DNA of 64,000 nt. It comes from Octopus bimaculoides. Taxonomy: Eukaryota. The translations under genes were made by a program, and so were the position numbers. Under the pieces are notes generated by a model. That model ran no database searches. It was not told where the DNA came from and worked only from the letters and a program-made list of their open reading frames with translations. The stretch spans positions 192,423,729-192,487,728 of the forward strand of contig NC_068981.1 of assembly GCF_001194135.2 (NCBI RefSeq), written 5' to 3'. Of the stretch, positions 48,901 to 61,659 are shown piece by piece; positions within the stretch are counted from its first letter, which is position 1; every line of letters begins with the position of its first letter.

Positions 48901-51900
48901 AAATTTAATGAAAATACTTACTGAAATTGATAAAGAACAATAAAAATTCTCTTATGTTTATACTCTTTACTCTTTTACTTGTTTCAGTCACTTGACTGTG
49001 GCCATGCTGGAGCACCGCCTTTAGTCAAAGAAATCAACCCCAGGACTTATTCCTTGTAAGCCTAGTACTTATTCTATCAGGCACTTTTGCCGAACTGCTA
49101 AGTTATGTGGACGTAAACACACCAGCATTGGTTGTCAAGCGATGTTGGGGGATAAGCACAGACACACAAACATACACACACACATATATATATATAATAT
49201 ATATATATACATATATACGATGGGTGCTTCTTTCAGTTTCCGTCTACCAAATCCACTCACAAGGCTTTGGTCGGCCTGAGGCTACAGTAGAAGACACTTG
49301 CCCAAGGTGCTACACAGTGGGACTGAACCCAGAACCATGTGGTTGGTAAGCAAACTACTTACCACACAGCCACTCCTGCGCTGTAATGCATATTGATGTA
49401 GTCAGAATATTTTATGTGAAATGTTTGGTGAATACTAGTTAATGCATCAATATTTGACTGGAAATTAATGAGTTTTAGCCTTAATTACCATGGTCTTCCA
49501 GATTCAGTTCACTAATAATTCAACACCCTTTAGCATTTAAACTGGCCATATCTGGCACAAATTTTCTATTTATTTTAAGCCAAAACCAACTAGATCTGGT
49601 CTCTCACACCTACCCTACAATGACATTCTAAAAAGTCACATCAATGAAATTGCAAAGCAATGAGATAATATCTGATTAATTCAAAGCAATGTAAACAAAT
49701 CAGCATTACATTTAGAGGCACTCCTACCCCTGTCCCTCTATAGCTCTAAAGCCCCATCCCCCTGTACTACTCTCTCCACCCAGCTGAGGAGGTTTTTGTC
49801 TTGCAAATTACTTGGTGACCCTGCCAGTGCTGGTGCCATGTAATAAGTACCTGTGTTGGTTCCACATAAAAAGCACAGGTGACGGTGCCACGTAAAAAGC
49901 AGCCAGCACACTGTATAGTGGTTGGCATTACGAAAGGCATTCAGCTGCAGTAGAAACCATGCTAAAACAGACAATGGACCTTGGAGTAGCCCCTGGCCTT
50001 ACTAGCTCATGTCAAACTGTCCAACCTATGCTGACATGGAAAACAAATGTTAAATCATGATAATGACATAGATCTCTCAGGGATTTATACCAACCATTTG
50101 CTGACCCTTGATTTAGAATGTGGGACATGTGTAAAAGTCAAGAAGTCATGGGAATTATATTCAGTGAGCAAGATGAACAGGGTAACCACAAGTCAGAATA
50201 GATAGAACCTTCCATTATCCTCTGACATATTTTTTTGTCATTTAATCGACAACTCTCTAAAATGCATTATCATTGTTTGTCATTGTTTAGTCCCAGGTAT
50301 CCTTCCCTTCTTAACCCTTTTGATACCAACCCGGCTGAAACCGGCTCTGGCTCTGTTGTACAAATGTCTTGTTTTCATAAGTTTTGAATTAAAATCTTCC
50401 ACCACACCTTAGTCACAATTTATGTTCCTAACACTAGCTGAATGATAACTAAGTTATTTTACTAAATTCTTTGTTATGCTTAAAATTAATTGAAAGAAAC
50501 ACAAAGCATCTCAACAGAAATACAGTAACAAAAAGGTTAAGATGGTATGGTGTAGTCTTAAAGAGATCTGGCTGCTATTTCTAGCAGGTACAGTGACCTA
50601 ATATCAGCGGTTCTCAATAATTTTTCCCCTGTTTTATTTGATATTTAAAAACTAGTTTTATAGATACTTCTTTCAAGATTCCTCTTTTGTTTTTCACACA
50701 CTCACTTGTGTGAGTTTGCAACAACCGTCTGTGACAGAATATGGGGCCAGAAACATACTGAACTATGTAAAATGTTTGAGAAAGAAACCTAGCTGTTTCT
50801 TGCAATTAATACATTTTGCTTGTGTGGATCCCCTAAAAAATCAAATACGGGACCCCAGGGGTCATATGGATCCCATTTGGGAACCACCAATGTAGAAAGT
50901 CTTTATATTTTGTATTGTGATAACATAGGCCTTTATATATATTGTTAAACCCTAGGCTAATTTTCATTAAGCAGACCTATCATGATCAAATGTATGCTAG
51001 TGAGTCAGAAGTAGGTCTGCATTATCCAACATGTCTTCTCTGTATTTAAGGTTAAGGGGTGTGGTTTGAGGGAGAATTGGCTGCTATTTTTAGCAAGTCA
51101 AGTGACACTCGGACACTCTCCTCACAATAAGCTTCCTTCATTAAAACAACAGTTGAGGGGAAGGTATTAATACAATGTGAACTTACAAAAAAAGAAGTTC
51201 TGTTAAAAGGTCTTGCCAAGACACTTAAAGCACAATCTAATTAACTGTGAAAATGACCGACCATTGTTAGTGTCAAGAGGGTAAAGAATAACCAAGTAAC
51301 CATCTTTACTGACAATAAAACTATCTGGCTAAAAAAAAAGGGAACTTTTATTTCCAGAGAGGGGAACACATTTAAGGAGAGGCATGGGTATGTGATAAGA
51401 TGGTTGCTTTGCAATCATGTAATTTTGGGTTCAACCCCAATGCACGACACCATGGTCAAATGTCTTTTATTATAACCCTGTGCCGACCAATATGAGTGAA
51501 TTTGGTTGGATCATTATTATCATTTATTGTAGCTGTGTGGTAAGAAGCTTGCTTCCCAACCACACCATCCAACCCATGCCAGCTTGGACAACGGATGTTA
51601 AATGATGACGATGGTGATGATGATGATGAATGAGGGGTTAAAGTACAAACGGAGAGGTCAGAGCAAACTATGCTCCTTACTTTAGAGTAACAACATGGCT
51701 ATTAACATTTTGGAAGAGAGGGTGGAGATAATCAGGATGGACCCTCAAAGTATGAGGTGACCAGAACTGAGTGAGGGCAGAGGAACCATGAGTAAGGGCT
51801 TCACAGCTGTTGCAATAGTAAATATATATATCATCATCATCACCATCATCATTTTCATCCTCATCATTTAATATCCATTTTCCATACCAGCGTGGGTTGG

Positions 51901-52734
51901 ATGGTTTCATCTGTGTTGGCAAGCTGGAGAGCTGCACCAGTTCCAGTCTGATTTGGCTTGGTTTCTACAACTGGATGCACTTCCTAATGCCAACCACTTT
52001 GCAGAGTGTGGTGGGTGCTTTTAACATGGCACCAGCACAAGTGTTTTTTACATGGCACTGGCACAGGATTCTTGTGGGCCAATCCTCTTCAGTAGGGGAG
52101 CAGCCTTAACACTTCCGCAGTGGTGGATGAGTCTCACACATTAATGTTTGTTTTTATGTTATAATAAAAGCAGTTTTACATTAAATTGAAGGACTACTTA
52201 ATACATTTAGTAGAGTACAAATTTATTATTCTTTAACAAGAATAGTATTGGCAGTAACTTTGAAATTTCAGCTGGTTAAGCCATAACTGGATTGTCCAAT
52301 GAACGTTTAGCTGACCATGACTTTAAAAGTCATTGTCAATACTATTCTTGTTAACAAATAATATGTGTGGCTGTGTGGTAAGAAATCTGCTTTCCAACCA
52401 CATGGTTCCAGGTTCAGTCCCAATGCATGACACCTTGGACAAATGTATGCTATCCAACTCAATCCAACTGAAGACTTGTGAGTGGATTTGGTAGATGGAA
52501 ACTGAAAGAAACCTGTGTGTGTGTGTGTCTTCGTGTATGTATTTGTCCTCTCCCACTGTTTGGAAACCGGTGGTGTTTTGTTTACATGCCCATAACCTAG
52601 TGGTTCGGCAAAAGGGATCAATAAAAAAAGTAGCAGATTTTTAAAAATTAAGAAAATAAGTTCTAATGTTGATTTATTCAAGTAAACCCTTCAAGATGGT
52701 GTCACAGCATAGCTGCAATCCAATGACCAAAACA

Positions 52735-52782
<48 letters not shown>

Positions 52783-54529
52783 NNNNNNNNNNNNNNNNNG
52801 GCATCGCATAAATAATGCGTTTTTTATATACTTCTTTTATTTTTCAAAATTAAGATAAACAAAGTTCTTTTTTAATCTAAAATATGCTCTCCTTCATTTT
52901 CTAAAATGCTCTTCTATCTGTCTGATAGACTTGCAAGGCCCCTCTTCCAAAATTCACTTGTCCGTGATGAAAAATACTCCTCCAGTACTGTTCTTACCTC
53001 GTCTACAGAATTCATATTTTTTTCCATCCAAATGATTTTGAAGACTGTGGAATAAATGATAATCAGATGGGGCAATGTCTGGCAAATATGGTGGGTGGGA
53101 CATCATTTCCCATTCAAACTGCTTCCAGCCTTTGGAATGTCATCCTTGCTGTATATGGCCAGGCATTATCCTGATGGAAGAACACCTTTTGTCTTGAAAC
53201 CAAAGATGGTTGTTTTTCTTCTAGTGCTGACTTAAGCTGCATGCAGTAGATCTCCATTGTTATTGTTTGGTTTGGGTTTAAAAGTTCAAAGTGGACTAAA
53301 CCTTTCATATCCCACCAAACACATAACAACACTTTACGTGGGTGAAGACCTTAAGCCTGGGGTGCTGCAGTTTCTCTTTTCCCTACCCACTGTCTTTGGT
53401 GCTTGACATTTTTATAGAGAATCCATTTCTCATCACCAGTCACTATTTGATCCAAAAAAGGTTCATTCATGAGAGGCAACAGCAAAGAAGAACATACATT
53501 CACTCTCTGCATGCAATTAGACACGGAAAGTTTGTGAGGAACCCATTGACCCAATCTGCTGACTTTTCCAACTGCATGCAAATGTCAATGAATGGTTGAC
53601 TGACAAAATCTAAGCTTCTCTGCTAGTTCTTCAATAATTATGATGGGATTTTGTTCCACCAGGGTTTGAAGGACGTCCTTGTCGAGCTCTACAGGCAAAT
53701 GTAACTCTTCACCTCTGGGAGGCAGGAATCTATTACAGTCATTTGGTCAGCAAGTCACTAAAGAATAAATACTCCGTTGACCCTAGACTATTCATTCTTT
53801 GGTGACTTACTGACCAAATGAATTCTTGCCTCCCAGAAATGAAGAGTTACATTTGCCTTCGGCTTTAGAGTCTGACAAGAAAGACATCCATGGGGCTAAG
53901 CCCTTTGTGGATGTGAAACCATTGGTCACTCTATGACCAGACATAGACTTAACTAAATATATATATATGTTCAGGTGGCATGTAAAATACACCATTTGAG
54001 TGTTGCTGTTGCCAGTACCACCTGACTGGCCCACATGCCAGTGGCACATAAAAGCATCCACTACACTCTCAGAGTGGTTGGCGTTAGGAAGGGCATCCAG
54101 CTGTAGAAACTCTGCCAGATCAGGTTGGAGCCTGGTGCAGCCATCTGGTTTCACCAGTCCTCAGTCAAATCATCCAACCCATGCTAGCATGGAAAGCAGA
54201 CGTTAAACGATGATGATATATATATATACGCGTATGTGTGTATATGTGCGTCTTTGTATTTGTCCCCTACCACATTTGACAACTGGTGTTGGTTTGTTTA
54301 CATCTGAGTAATGTAGGGGTGCGGGGAAAAAGAAGCCAATAGAATAAGTACTAGGCTTAGGAGAAAATCAGTTATTAGAGTGAATTTGAAGGCAGCAAAC
54401 GAGCAGACTTGTTGGTAAGTTGGACAAAATGTTTACCAGCATTTCATCCGTTTCTATGTTCTGTGTTCAAATTTCACTGAAATTGTCTTTGCACTTTATC
54501 TATCTACAAAAATAAGTGTAGTAGTAGTA

Positions 54530-54562
<33 letters not shown>

Positions 54563-56129
54563 GCCCTGATGCCGTACCAGGCACTGACTCTCATGGCTTT
54601 TGATCTTAACTGATTGGAAGTGTTATGTTAATTGTTTTGTCTTGGTATAAAAGATGGGCTACAGCAAATATTCTGCTTAATACAACAGATTTGCTTGTCA
54701 GTTGTTTGACCTTAACCAGTTGAGCATATCCCTTAGTGGCTGACAATATGTGCATCTCTGATCACCAGCAGAAGTAGTTGGGGAGCATCATAGCCATGTG
54801 TCGAAAGGAATTCTTTGGGGTTTGGATAATTCACCTCTGGAAACATGGGTGTTTTGTTCAACATCCTTAAACAAACCTTATTCAGGGACCTTTTGAGCAG
54901 GATGAGCTACTCAACCTGAAGAAAATTCTAACTGGGTCCCACCTGCAAGTTCATGCGCTGTTTATGGTCACCATGTCGCGCACATATGGTTGTGATGCAT
55001 GTGTCTGGTGTACCCTTATCAGACGGGTAGTCATGATGGGTATATTGGGCTTCGTATATTTGTACCCCAGTGTCACTTTGATGGCTTGCATTGCTCTCTC
55101 ACTCAATAATAATAATAATAATAAAATTGGAAACTTCCCTAAAGGAGGAATAAAAATGCTTTTATAAATTAGAAATTTATTGTAATTTAAGATACTTGAA
55201 CTGTTTTTGCTGTGGAGTTGTTACCTTTTATAATTATATTAATTAAGATCTTTTACTTATTCCATTCAAACATTTTGTTTATTATCACACAAATTTATGA
55301 CTGAAAACTTTTCTGAATAGAGTATTTGGCAGCTCAGCTCAATATTCCAAATATACTTTTTAGATAAGAAACGGGAAAACATTTACAAATATATTCAATT
55401 ATAAATATAAACAGATCAATGACTATTGATCATCCTCTGCTTATTGTATACCAGTAAAGTGATCACTTATTATTTACATTTGTTGCCCTTGTTTCGGACT
55501 TTATTGAACAGGTTCATGACCAAAAGCATTCCAGCTGTGACAATTTTATCTGTGTATTCGCACAAGAACTCGTTGCTTGAAGTGGTTGAATAGAGACGTG
55601 GCTACACTTTCTAGCATTATAAGCCTCCCTCGCCTCGAAATAACATTTGTTGTTGATTGCCGATGTTTCATAAGTTCTTCGTGAGTTAACAGCACACACA
55701 CACACATACTCCACACAGAAACCGTTTCTGCTCTATTGTAATATCACTCTGGCAAGCCAAATAACGTAACGAGTATTCGATAATGAAATCCTTGGTATTA
55801 GCACATGTCAATAGAGTCTTAGTGTTTGTACTGTTTTACCTTCTCATAATGAATTATTCATTATGCGAAATATGTACATAAAAATATGGCGGAATTTTGG
55901 AAGATATGGGTATAAATAGTAAAGAAATAACATTTTTTTATGGAGTAAAGAATCGAAACAAACTTACAGAATGCGTAAAAAATTGGCTGATGTGTCTGTC
56001 AAAGTTTGTGATATAACTGGTGAGATAAAGCCAAAATCCAGCCGATGCATAAAAGATACACTGCATGGTGATTATCTGTGCAATTATTAACACTGGATCC
56101 CAAACACTACTTCGGAATTGTCCATGCAT
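45711..56129 (-). CDS. SYS1: SYS1 Golgi trafficking membrane protein, 3 coding exons (471 nt, 156 aa)
   Basis: Exons 56129-55968, 48673-48606, 45951-45711; GT..AG introns, phases 0 and 2 compatible. MHGQFRSSVWDPVLIIAQI...KQCLDYAATVH...GEFLCMRSEMKAIP matches the SYS1 family; same length as the human protein as recalled. Confidence 0.96.
46128..46355 (+). mobile_element. Young SINE of a second family (MetaSINE-like core) nested in an older relative, 11-bp TSD
   Basis: TSD tttcacctgtc at 46117-46127 and 46356-46366; core gtcgactttgcctttcatcc..gggtcgataaattaagtaccag; antisense copy at 25200-25435; related copies near 24410, 34915, 39160, 44490. Confidence 0.8.
46885..47315 (+). mobile_element. 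tRNA-derived SINE, same family, in SYS1 intron 2
   Basis: Same head, central domain and tail in + orientation; partial copy directly upstream (46713-46865). Confidence 0.75.
47500..47895 (+). mobile_element. RTE 3' UTR-derived repeat with tandem modules of about 55 bp
   Basis: Repeated ggcacataaaaagcaccatttgagcatggccgatgccagtg..ctgactggc, then the common RTE tail. Tail copies also at about 7400, 17700, 19240, 25640, 26500, 27490, 42440, 48280, 49790, 53960, 58407. Confidence 0.8.
48606..48673 (-). CDS. SYS1: SYS1 coding exon 2 (68 nt)
   Basis: tttgttacag|DLDFGEDSGRINAIGFAINSLC|gtgagt; not in ORF track. Confidence 0.9.
48961..49381 (-). mobile_element. Full-length tRNA-derived SINE (head, conserved central domain, (CA/TA)n, gaaacaagtaaaagag tail)
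   Basis: Head gcgcaggagtggctgtgtggtaag with B-box-like ggttcagtccca; near-identical to 56983-57360; further copies at about 33715, 36180, 43570, 46885, 52366, 63740. Confidence 0.85.
50311..50540 (-). mobile_element. TTAA-flanked MITE, same family, opposite orientation
   Basis: TTAA-CCCTTTTGATACCA ... GTAACAAAAAGG-TTAA. Confidence 0.7.
52800..53700 (-). mobile_element. Mariner (Tc1/mariner) transposase pseudogene
   Basis: GKVSRLGQWVPHKLS, IVTGDEKWILY, LLCVWWDMKG, FHQDNA; frameshifts and stops; TIR-like cataaataatgcgttttt beside the gap. Confidence 0.92.
54530..55124. mobile_element. Element embedded in (AAT)n, copy 2
   Basis: Starts aaatgccctgatgccgtaccagg, ends ctctctcactc(aat)n, as copy 1. 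Confidence 0.6.
55968..56129 (-). CDS. SYS1: SYS1 coding exon 1
   Basis: MHGQFRSSVWDPVLIIAQIITMQCIFY...QFFTHS|gtaagt. Confidence 0.95.
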
Positions 56130-56539
56130 GTTGGTCAACTGACGACGGAGCAGAGCAAGCATCCCACTCGGACAATCAACTTTTATCGTTGAACAATTCA
56201 AACAGGAATCGGTTAATTTCAACTTCAACGTGGATTTAAATAAATTATATAAATATGACAACTCTGTTTTTGTTTTTTCTACCAAATGAATCAGTTATAA
56301 TTATTTGCTGGGAATAAATATTTTTGACAACTGTGAGGCCACACTGTTATTCGGTCAAGATTGTAGACCGATCTCCCGTACAGTAACATCATTTTGGACA
56401 AACCATTGTCTAAAAAATGTATTGAGAATAAATATTATTAACAACAGTTGGCATTATTAAATTATTTACAGAGTCTATAATCTACTTCTTTGGTAAATCC
56501 CGTAGTTATATTACGCAGAAAAACAACCGAGTTTCAATG

Positions 56540-56620
56540 GTGAATCACTGTTTATGACACAACTGCCGGAAGTCAGTTAAGGTTGACACGTGAACTTGAT
56601 CCGCAGCCCAAATATTCGTA
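56540..56620. promoter_or_regulatory. Probable SYS1 promoter region with ETS motif
   Basis: CCGGAAGT at 56566-56573 in a CpG-containing stretch about 440 bp upstream of the SYS1 ATG. Confidence 0.35.
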
Positions 56621-56982
56621 TTATTCGTCATCTCTTTCATCATTTGAAATAATAATAGAATTACATGTAATAAATTACATTAAATTTAAAATTAAAAAGA
56701 GTGTATTTTTTACTCTGATTTATTAAAAACAGAACGAACTGTTACAATTCTAAATAGTATTAAAGTTGTAGCAAAAACATTTCATAAGTTAGTTTCTGTA
56801 TTTATTTAAATACGAAGAAAGTAGGAATATATGTAAGAGTTATTTCCCCTCGACATGAGTCATTTCAGATTTTTCCTTTTTTTCTTCTCTATGTAAATAC
56901 GTGTGCGTGTGTGTGTGTATGTGTATGTGTATGTGTGCGTGTGTGTGTGTGTGTGTGTGTTACATGTATATACATTTTTTTA

Positions 56983-57360
56983 TTCTCATACTTGTTTCAG
57001 TCATTTGACTGCGGCCGTGCTGGAGCATCGCCTTTAGTCGAGCAGATCGACCCCAGGACTTATTCTTTGTAAGCCCAGTACTTACTCTATCGATATCTTT
57101 TGCCAAACCGGTAAGTTACGGGGACGTAAACTCAACAGCATCAGTTGTCAAGCGATGTTGGGGAGGACAAATACACACACAAACATATACACACATATGA
57201 CGGGTTTCTTTCAGTTTCCGTCTACCAAATCCACTCACAAAGCTTTGGTCGGCCCGAGGCTATAGTAGAAGACACTTGCCCAAGATGTCACACAGTGGAA
57301 CTGAACCCGGAACCATGTAGTTGGTAAGCAAGCTACCTACCACACTGCCACTCCTGCGCC
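56983..57360 (-). mobile_element. Full-length tRNA-derived SINE, same family
   Basis: Collinear with 48961-49381 from head to tail. Confidence 0.85.
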
Positions 57361-58924
57361 TATTATCGATATTATTGATCTTATTAAATTTCTTCAAACT
57401 ACTTGAAATATTTCAAAATTTCACCAGATTACGTTAAACAAATATAGTTTGATGTAGTTCTGAGTGCTGATATCAAAATCGCATCGATTTTGGTGAATTT
57501 TTGGGAAGTACACCCACACGAGTTTCACTGAGCAAAAAAAAAAAAAAAACCCTCGGATTGTTTGCGTGGGATCAAGTACCCCGACCTCCTAATGTGCCGC
57601 AAACCCCTTATTTTTGTTCGAAAAACAGGTGTATGTGTGGGGGAATCGGACCCTCTCCATCCCGTAATCATTGGAAAATTTTCTGTTTTTACGTTGAATG
57701 AATTACGGTGACCTCCTAATGTGCTACAAAACACATTTTTTTGTCCGGAAAATGAGTGGGAAGGGTGGAGTGAAACCCTCAGAAATTTCACCCCTCCGCA
57801 TTTTCNNNNNNNNNNNNNNNNNNNNNNNNNNNNNNNNNNNNNNNNNNNNNNNNNNNNNNNNNNNNNNNNNNNNNNNNNNNNNNNNNNNNNNNNNNNNNNN
57901 NNNNNNNNNNNNNNNNNNNNNNNNNNNNNNNNNNNNNNNNNNNNNNNNNNNNNNNNNNNNNNNNNNNNNNNNNNNNNNNNNNNNNNNNNNNNNNNNNNNN
58001 NNNNNNNNNNNNNNNNNNNNNNNNNNNNNNNNNNNNNNNNNNNNNNNNNNNNNNNNNNNNNNNNNNNNNNNNNNNNNNNNNNNNNNNNNNNNNNNNNNNN
58101 NNNNNNNNNNNNNNNNNNNNNNNNNNNNNNNNNNNNNNNNNNNNNNNNNNNNNNNNNNNNNNNNNNNNNNNNNNNNNNNNNNNNNNNNNNNNNNNNNNNN
58201 NNNNNNNNNNNNNNNNNNNNNNNNNNNNNNNNNNNNNNNNNNNNNNNNNNNNNNNNNNNNNNNNNNNNNNNNNNNNNNNNNNNNNNNNNNNNNNNNNNNN
58301 NNNNNNNNNNNNNNNNNNNNNNNNNNNNNNNNNNNNNNNNNNNNNNNNNNNNNNNNNNNNNNNNNNNNNNNNNNNNNNNNNNNNNNNNNNNNNNNNNNNN
58401 NNNNNNGGCACTGGCATCGACCACGCTTTAATGGTGCTTTTTATGTGCCGCATGCACTGGCATATATAATATGCAGCCGATACCAATGCTGGTGGCACGT
58501 AAAATGTACCATTCAAGCGTGGTCGATGTCAGTGCCACCTGACTGGCCCCCGTGCCGGTGGCAATTAAAAGCACTCACTACACTCTCAGAGTAGTTGGCG
58601 TTAGGAAGGGCACCCAGCTGTAGAAACTTTGCCAGGACAGATTGGAGCCTGGTGCAGCTTACTGGCTTGCCAGTCCTCAGTCAAAACGTCCAACCCATGC
58701 CAGCATGGAAAGCAGACGTTAAACGATGATGATGATAATAAATATAATATAATATATTGTTATACCATTGAAAGTTTAGGTAAACTTCGTGTATTATATG
58801 AAAGATAATGTGTGTTACTGTTTGAGAGAGAGAGAGAGAGAGAGAGTACCACTTACACATGCATGAAAAAAATACATACATGACAACACACATCTTCACT
58901 CACTCATTCTCTCTCTCTCTCCAT

Positions 58925-58940
58925 ACACACACACACACAT

Positions 58941-58992
<52 letters not shown>
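58925..58992. repeat. (CA)n microsatellite abutting a gap
   Basis: CA run up to the N block at 58993. Confidence 0.95.
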
Positions 58993-60814
58993 NNNNNNNN
59001 NNNNNNNNNNNNNNNNNNNNNNNNNNNNNNNNNNNNNNNNNNNNNNNNNNNNNNNNNNNNNNNNNNNNNNNNNNNNNNNNNNNNNNNNNNNNNNNNNNNN
59101 NNNNNNNNNNNNNNNNNNNNNNNNNNNNNNNNNNNNNNNNNNNNNNNNNNNNNNNNNNNNNNNNNNNNNNNNNNNNNNNNNNNNNNNNNNNNNNNNNNNN
59201 NNNNNNNNNNNNNNNNNNNNNNNNNNNNNNNNGAGAGAATGAAAAGCAAAGTTGACCTCGGCGTAAAGAGCTGGAAGAAATGTCGCTGAGCATTTTCCCT
59301 AACCTGCTAACGATTCTGTCACATTTCAGTAAAATATCGAAGCCAAAACTTCCTCATACATAAACAGAGTGGTAAATGATAAATTTCAGTGAATTATTTT
59401 TACTCACGATAAAGAATGTTTTGACCTTTTTAAAAAAAAAAAATTAAGTAAAAGCATCAATTTCCTTATGTATATGAATTAATGAATAAATTGAATAAAC
59501 TCGGTGTTTTTTTTTAAAATTCGTTTCCTGAAGCAAATTATTCGGAAACTATTGACCTCGTACTTATAAAGAAAATCAAAAAAAAAAAAAAAGAAGCAAA
59601 AAAAAAAAAACTTCCTCGTGTTAAAAAGTCAGTTGGAATGACGTCATAACAAAACGTTTTCCAAGTTCTAGAAAATATCTTGTTTCACGAAATCATTGAA
59701 ATAAGGATTGACGGAGAGACGCCGGGATAATGGACAGAGAAGCACAGCTCTGTTGTGTGTGTGTGTGTGTGTGTGTGTGTTTCGTCACTAAACATCTCAT
59801 CGCTTTAGACGGTGTATGTTCATAACATACGCAATTCACTGGTGTGAAAGGACTTTGAGATACGCAGTGTTTTGAAGTTAATGCGTGTCTCTTCAGATAA
59901 AGCTACTGCGCCGGACCGATAGATCTAGGAAGACTATAGGTTCTAGTTTATAGAAATCAGCAAACGAATTATTTGATGATACATGGAAATTCAAACGTTA
60001 GGGTAGTCATTGTTGTCTACGCACGCAACCTGTCTGACTTGAGAACAGTCTAAGAAGATATATAACCGCCTCCCTACCACCACACTAAGATTACTTTCAC
60101 TTTAGTATCTGACCGCTCCTTTGTCTCTCCAATCCCACTAGATATTGTTCTTATTACGAAAGCCAGTATCAATTCGAAAGACACGATTTTTCCCTTCTTA
60201 TCATCATCTAATCATTGTTTTATCACTATCTCACTTGATATCTCAATACTGTGCATTAAACTTGACCTTCAACACAATTTGCTAATCTGTCTCCTCTAAA
60301 GACATGTTTCCCCTGATCACCCAATCTTCAATTTTCAATTGAATTTCAATCTCACGTGGTACACTTTTGTTTTCGTTTTTCATAATCTGAATTATGCAGT
60401 ACTTGTGGAGAGAAACCCACGAGGTTTGTTTACAAAAATAAACTTTCTTAAAATAACAATAATGTATCCATTTGTAATGCTTTCTGACAGTTTCCAACGT
60501 TAACATCTGATCACTGTTATGTCATTGGAGAAAATCCACTTACTGTAGATGACGTGTATTCATAATACATGCGAATCATTGGTGTAAAAGGGTTATGAGA
60601 CACCACAGTGTTTCGACCTCACTGTGTGACTCATCTAAATTGGAGGAAGCGTTTTCTAGTGATAAAAAACAGTGATCAAATATTCCTGTTCGAATCTATT
60701 AAGAATGTATTAAGAATGAATAGATTTGTTATTGTTTGGATTCCTTCTGTTCAGCATTCACCTCATGAATTATTATCTGTTTGATAGACATAATCTTCTG
60801 CTCTATTTGCTCCC

Positions 60815-61175
60815 TTGTTCGCCCCATCTAAACATCACATTAGACATGTCTTACTCTATGAGCTTCATAAAGGTGTGAATGCAAGCGCAGCAGCAAAGTC
60901 TCATCAGAGAGTTTATGGGGATTATGTTGTGAGTGAAATAAATTGCAGGAGATGGTTTTTCTCGCTTCAGAAGTGGGAATTTGAGTTTGAAAGACGAGCC
61001 GAAAGAAGGTCGTTCAAAACAACTTGATTCCGAATAGTTGGAAGCTGTTGTCACAGAAAATTCAACCGCTACTTGTAGAGAACTTGCAGAACAGTTTAGT
61101 GTAGCCCATACAACTGTTCTACGCCAACTGAAAAGGATTGGAAAGGTTTCAGCGGTTGGAAAATGGATCCCGAAA
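60815..61175 (+). mobile_element. Truncated mariner transposase N-terminus (HTH domains)
   Basis: HIRHVLLYE..KG.NAS.A, CRRWF, LSLKDEPKEGR, ATCRELAEQFSV..TTV.RQLKRIGKV...GKWIP, then abrupt end. Confidence 0.88.
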
Positions 61176-61559
61176 TAGAAGCACTTGTATGAACTGCTAA
61201 CTTGTAATTGTAAATACCTTGCAACCTTGCAACTGCTCCGATAATTATTAACTGGTAATTGAACGGTAAATGTGTATTTTTATATATCTTGGACCTGCCA
61301 CCTCATTGCTCTTTGTCAAAAGTTTCACCTCCAGCCGTTTGTTATGTCAGTCAACACATACACTGACAGCGTTTCGCTGTCGTGGCCGTAAAGATGGAAA
61401 ATTGCTGATACATAATGTTGTTCACATTAGGATGTAAATTATTCATTTGTTTCGAATTCAATAGAAATAAGATGATCTTAGTGTTATCACATTAGAATGA
61501 AAAGTGAAAGAATAAAAGTGAAACAATATTATATCACATTATAATATAGATCTTATTCT

Positions 61560-61625
61560 TTCACTTTTGATAATTCTTTCACTTTTGATAATTCTTTCAC
61601 TTTTGATAATTCTTTCACTTTTGAC
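61560..61625. repeat. 18-bp tandem repeat, about 3.6 copies
   Basis: (ttcacttttgataattct)n. Confidence 0.85.
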
Positions 61626-61659
61626 ACGTAATACCGAACCAGAGCCAATGTTATATTGT

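Noticed and set aside
49300-49381. tRNA-like sequences with A/B boxes
   Set aside because: They are SINE heads continuing into SINE bodies; no complete cloverleaf.
57525-59293. Long ORFs of 116-299 aa
   Set aside because: They are open only because they run through N gaps and microsatellites.
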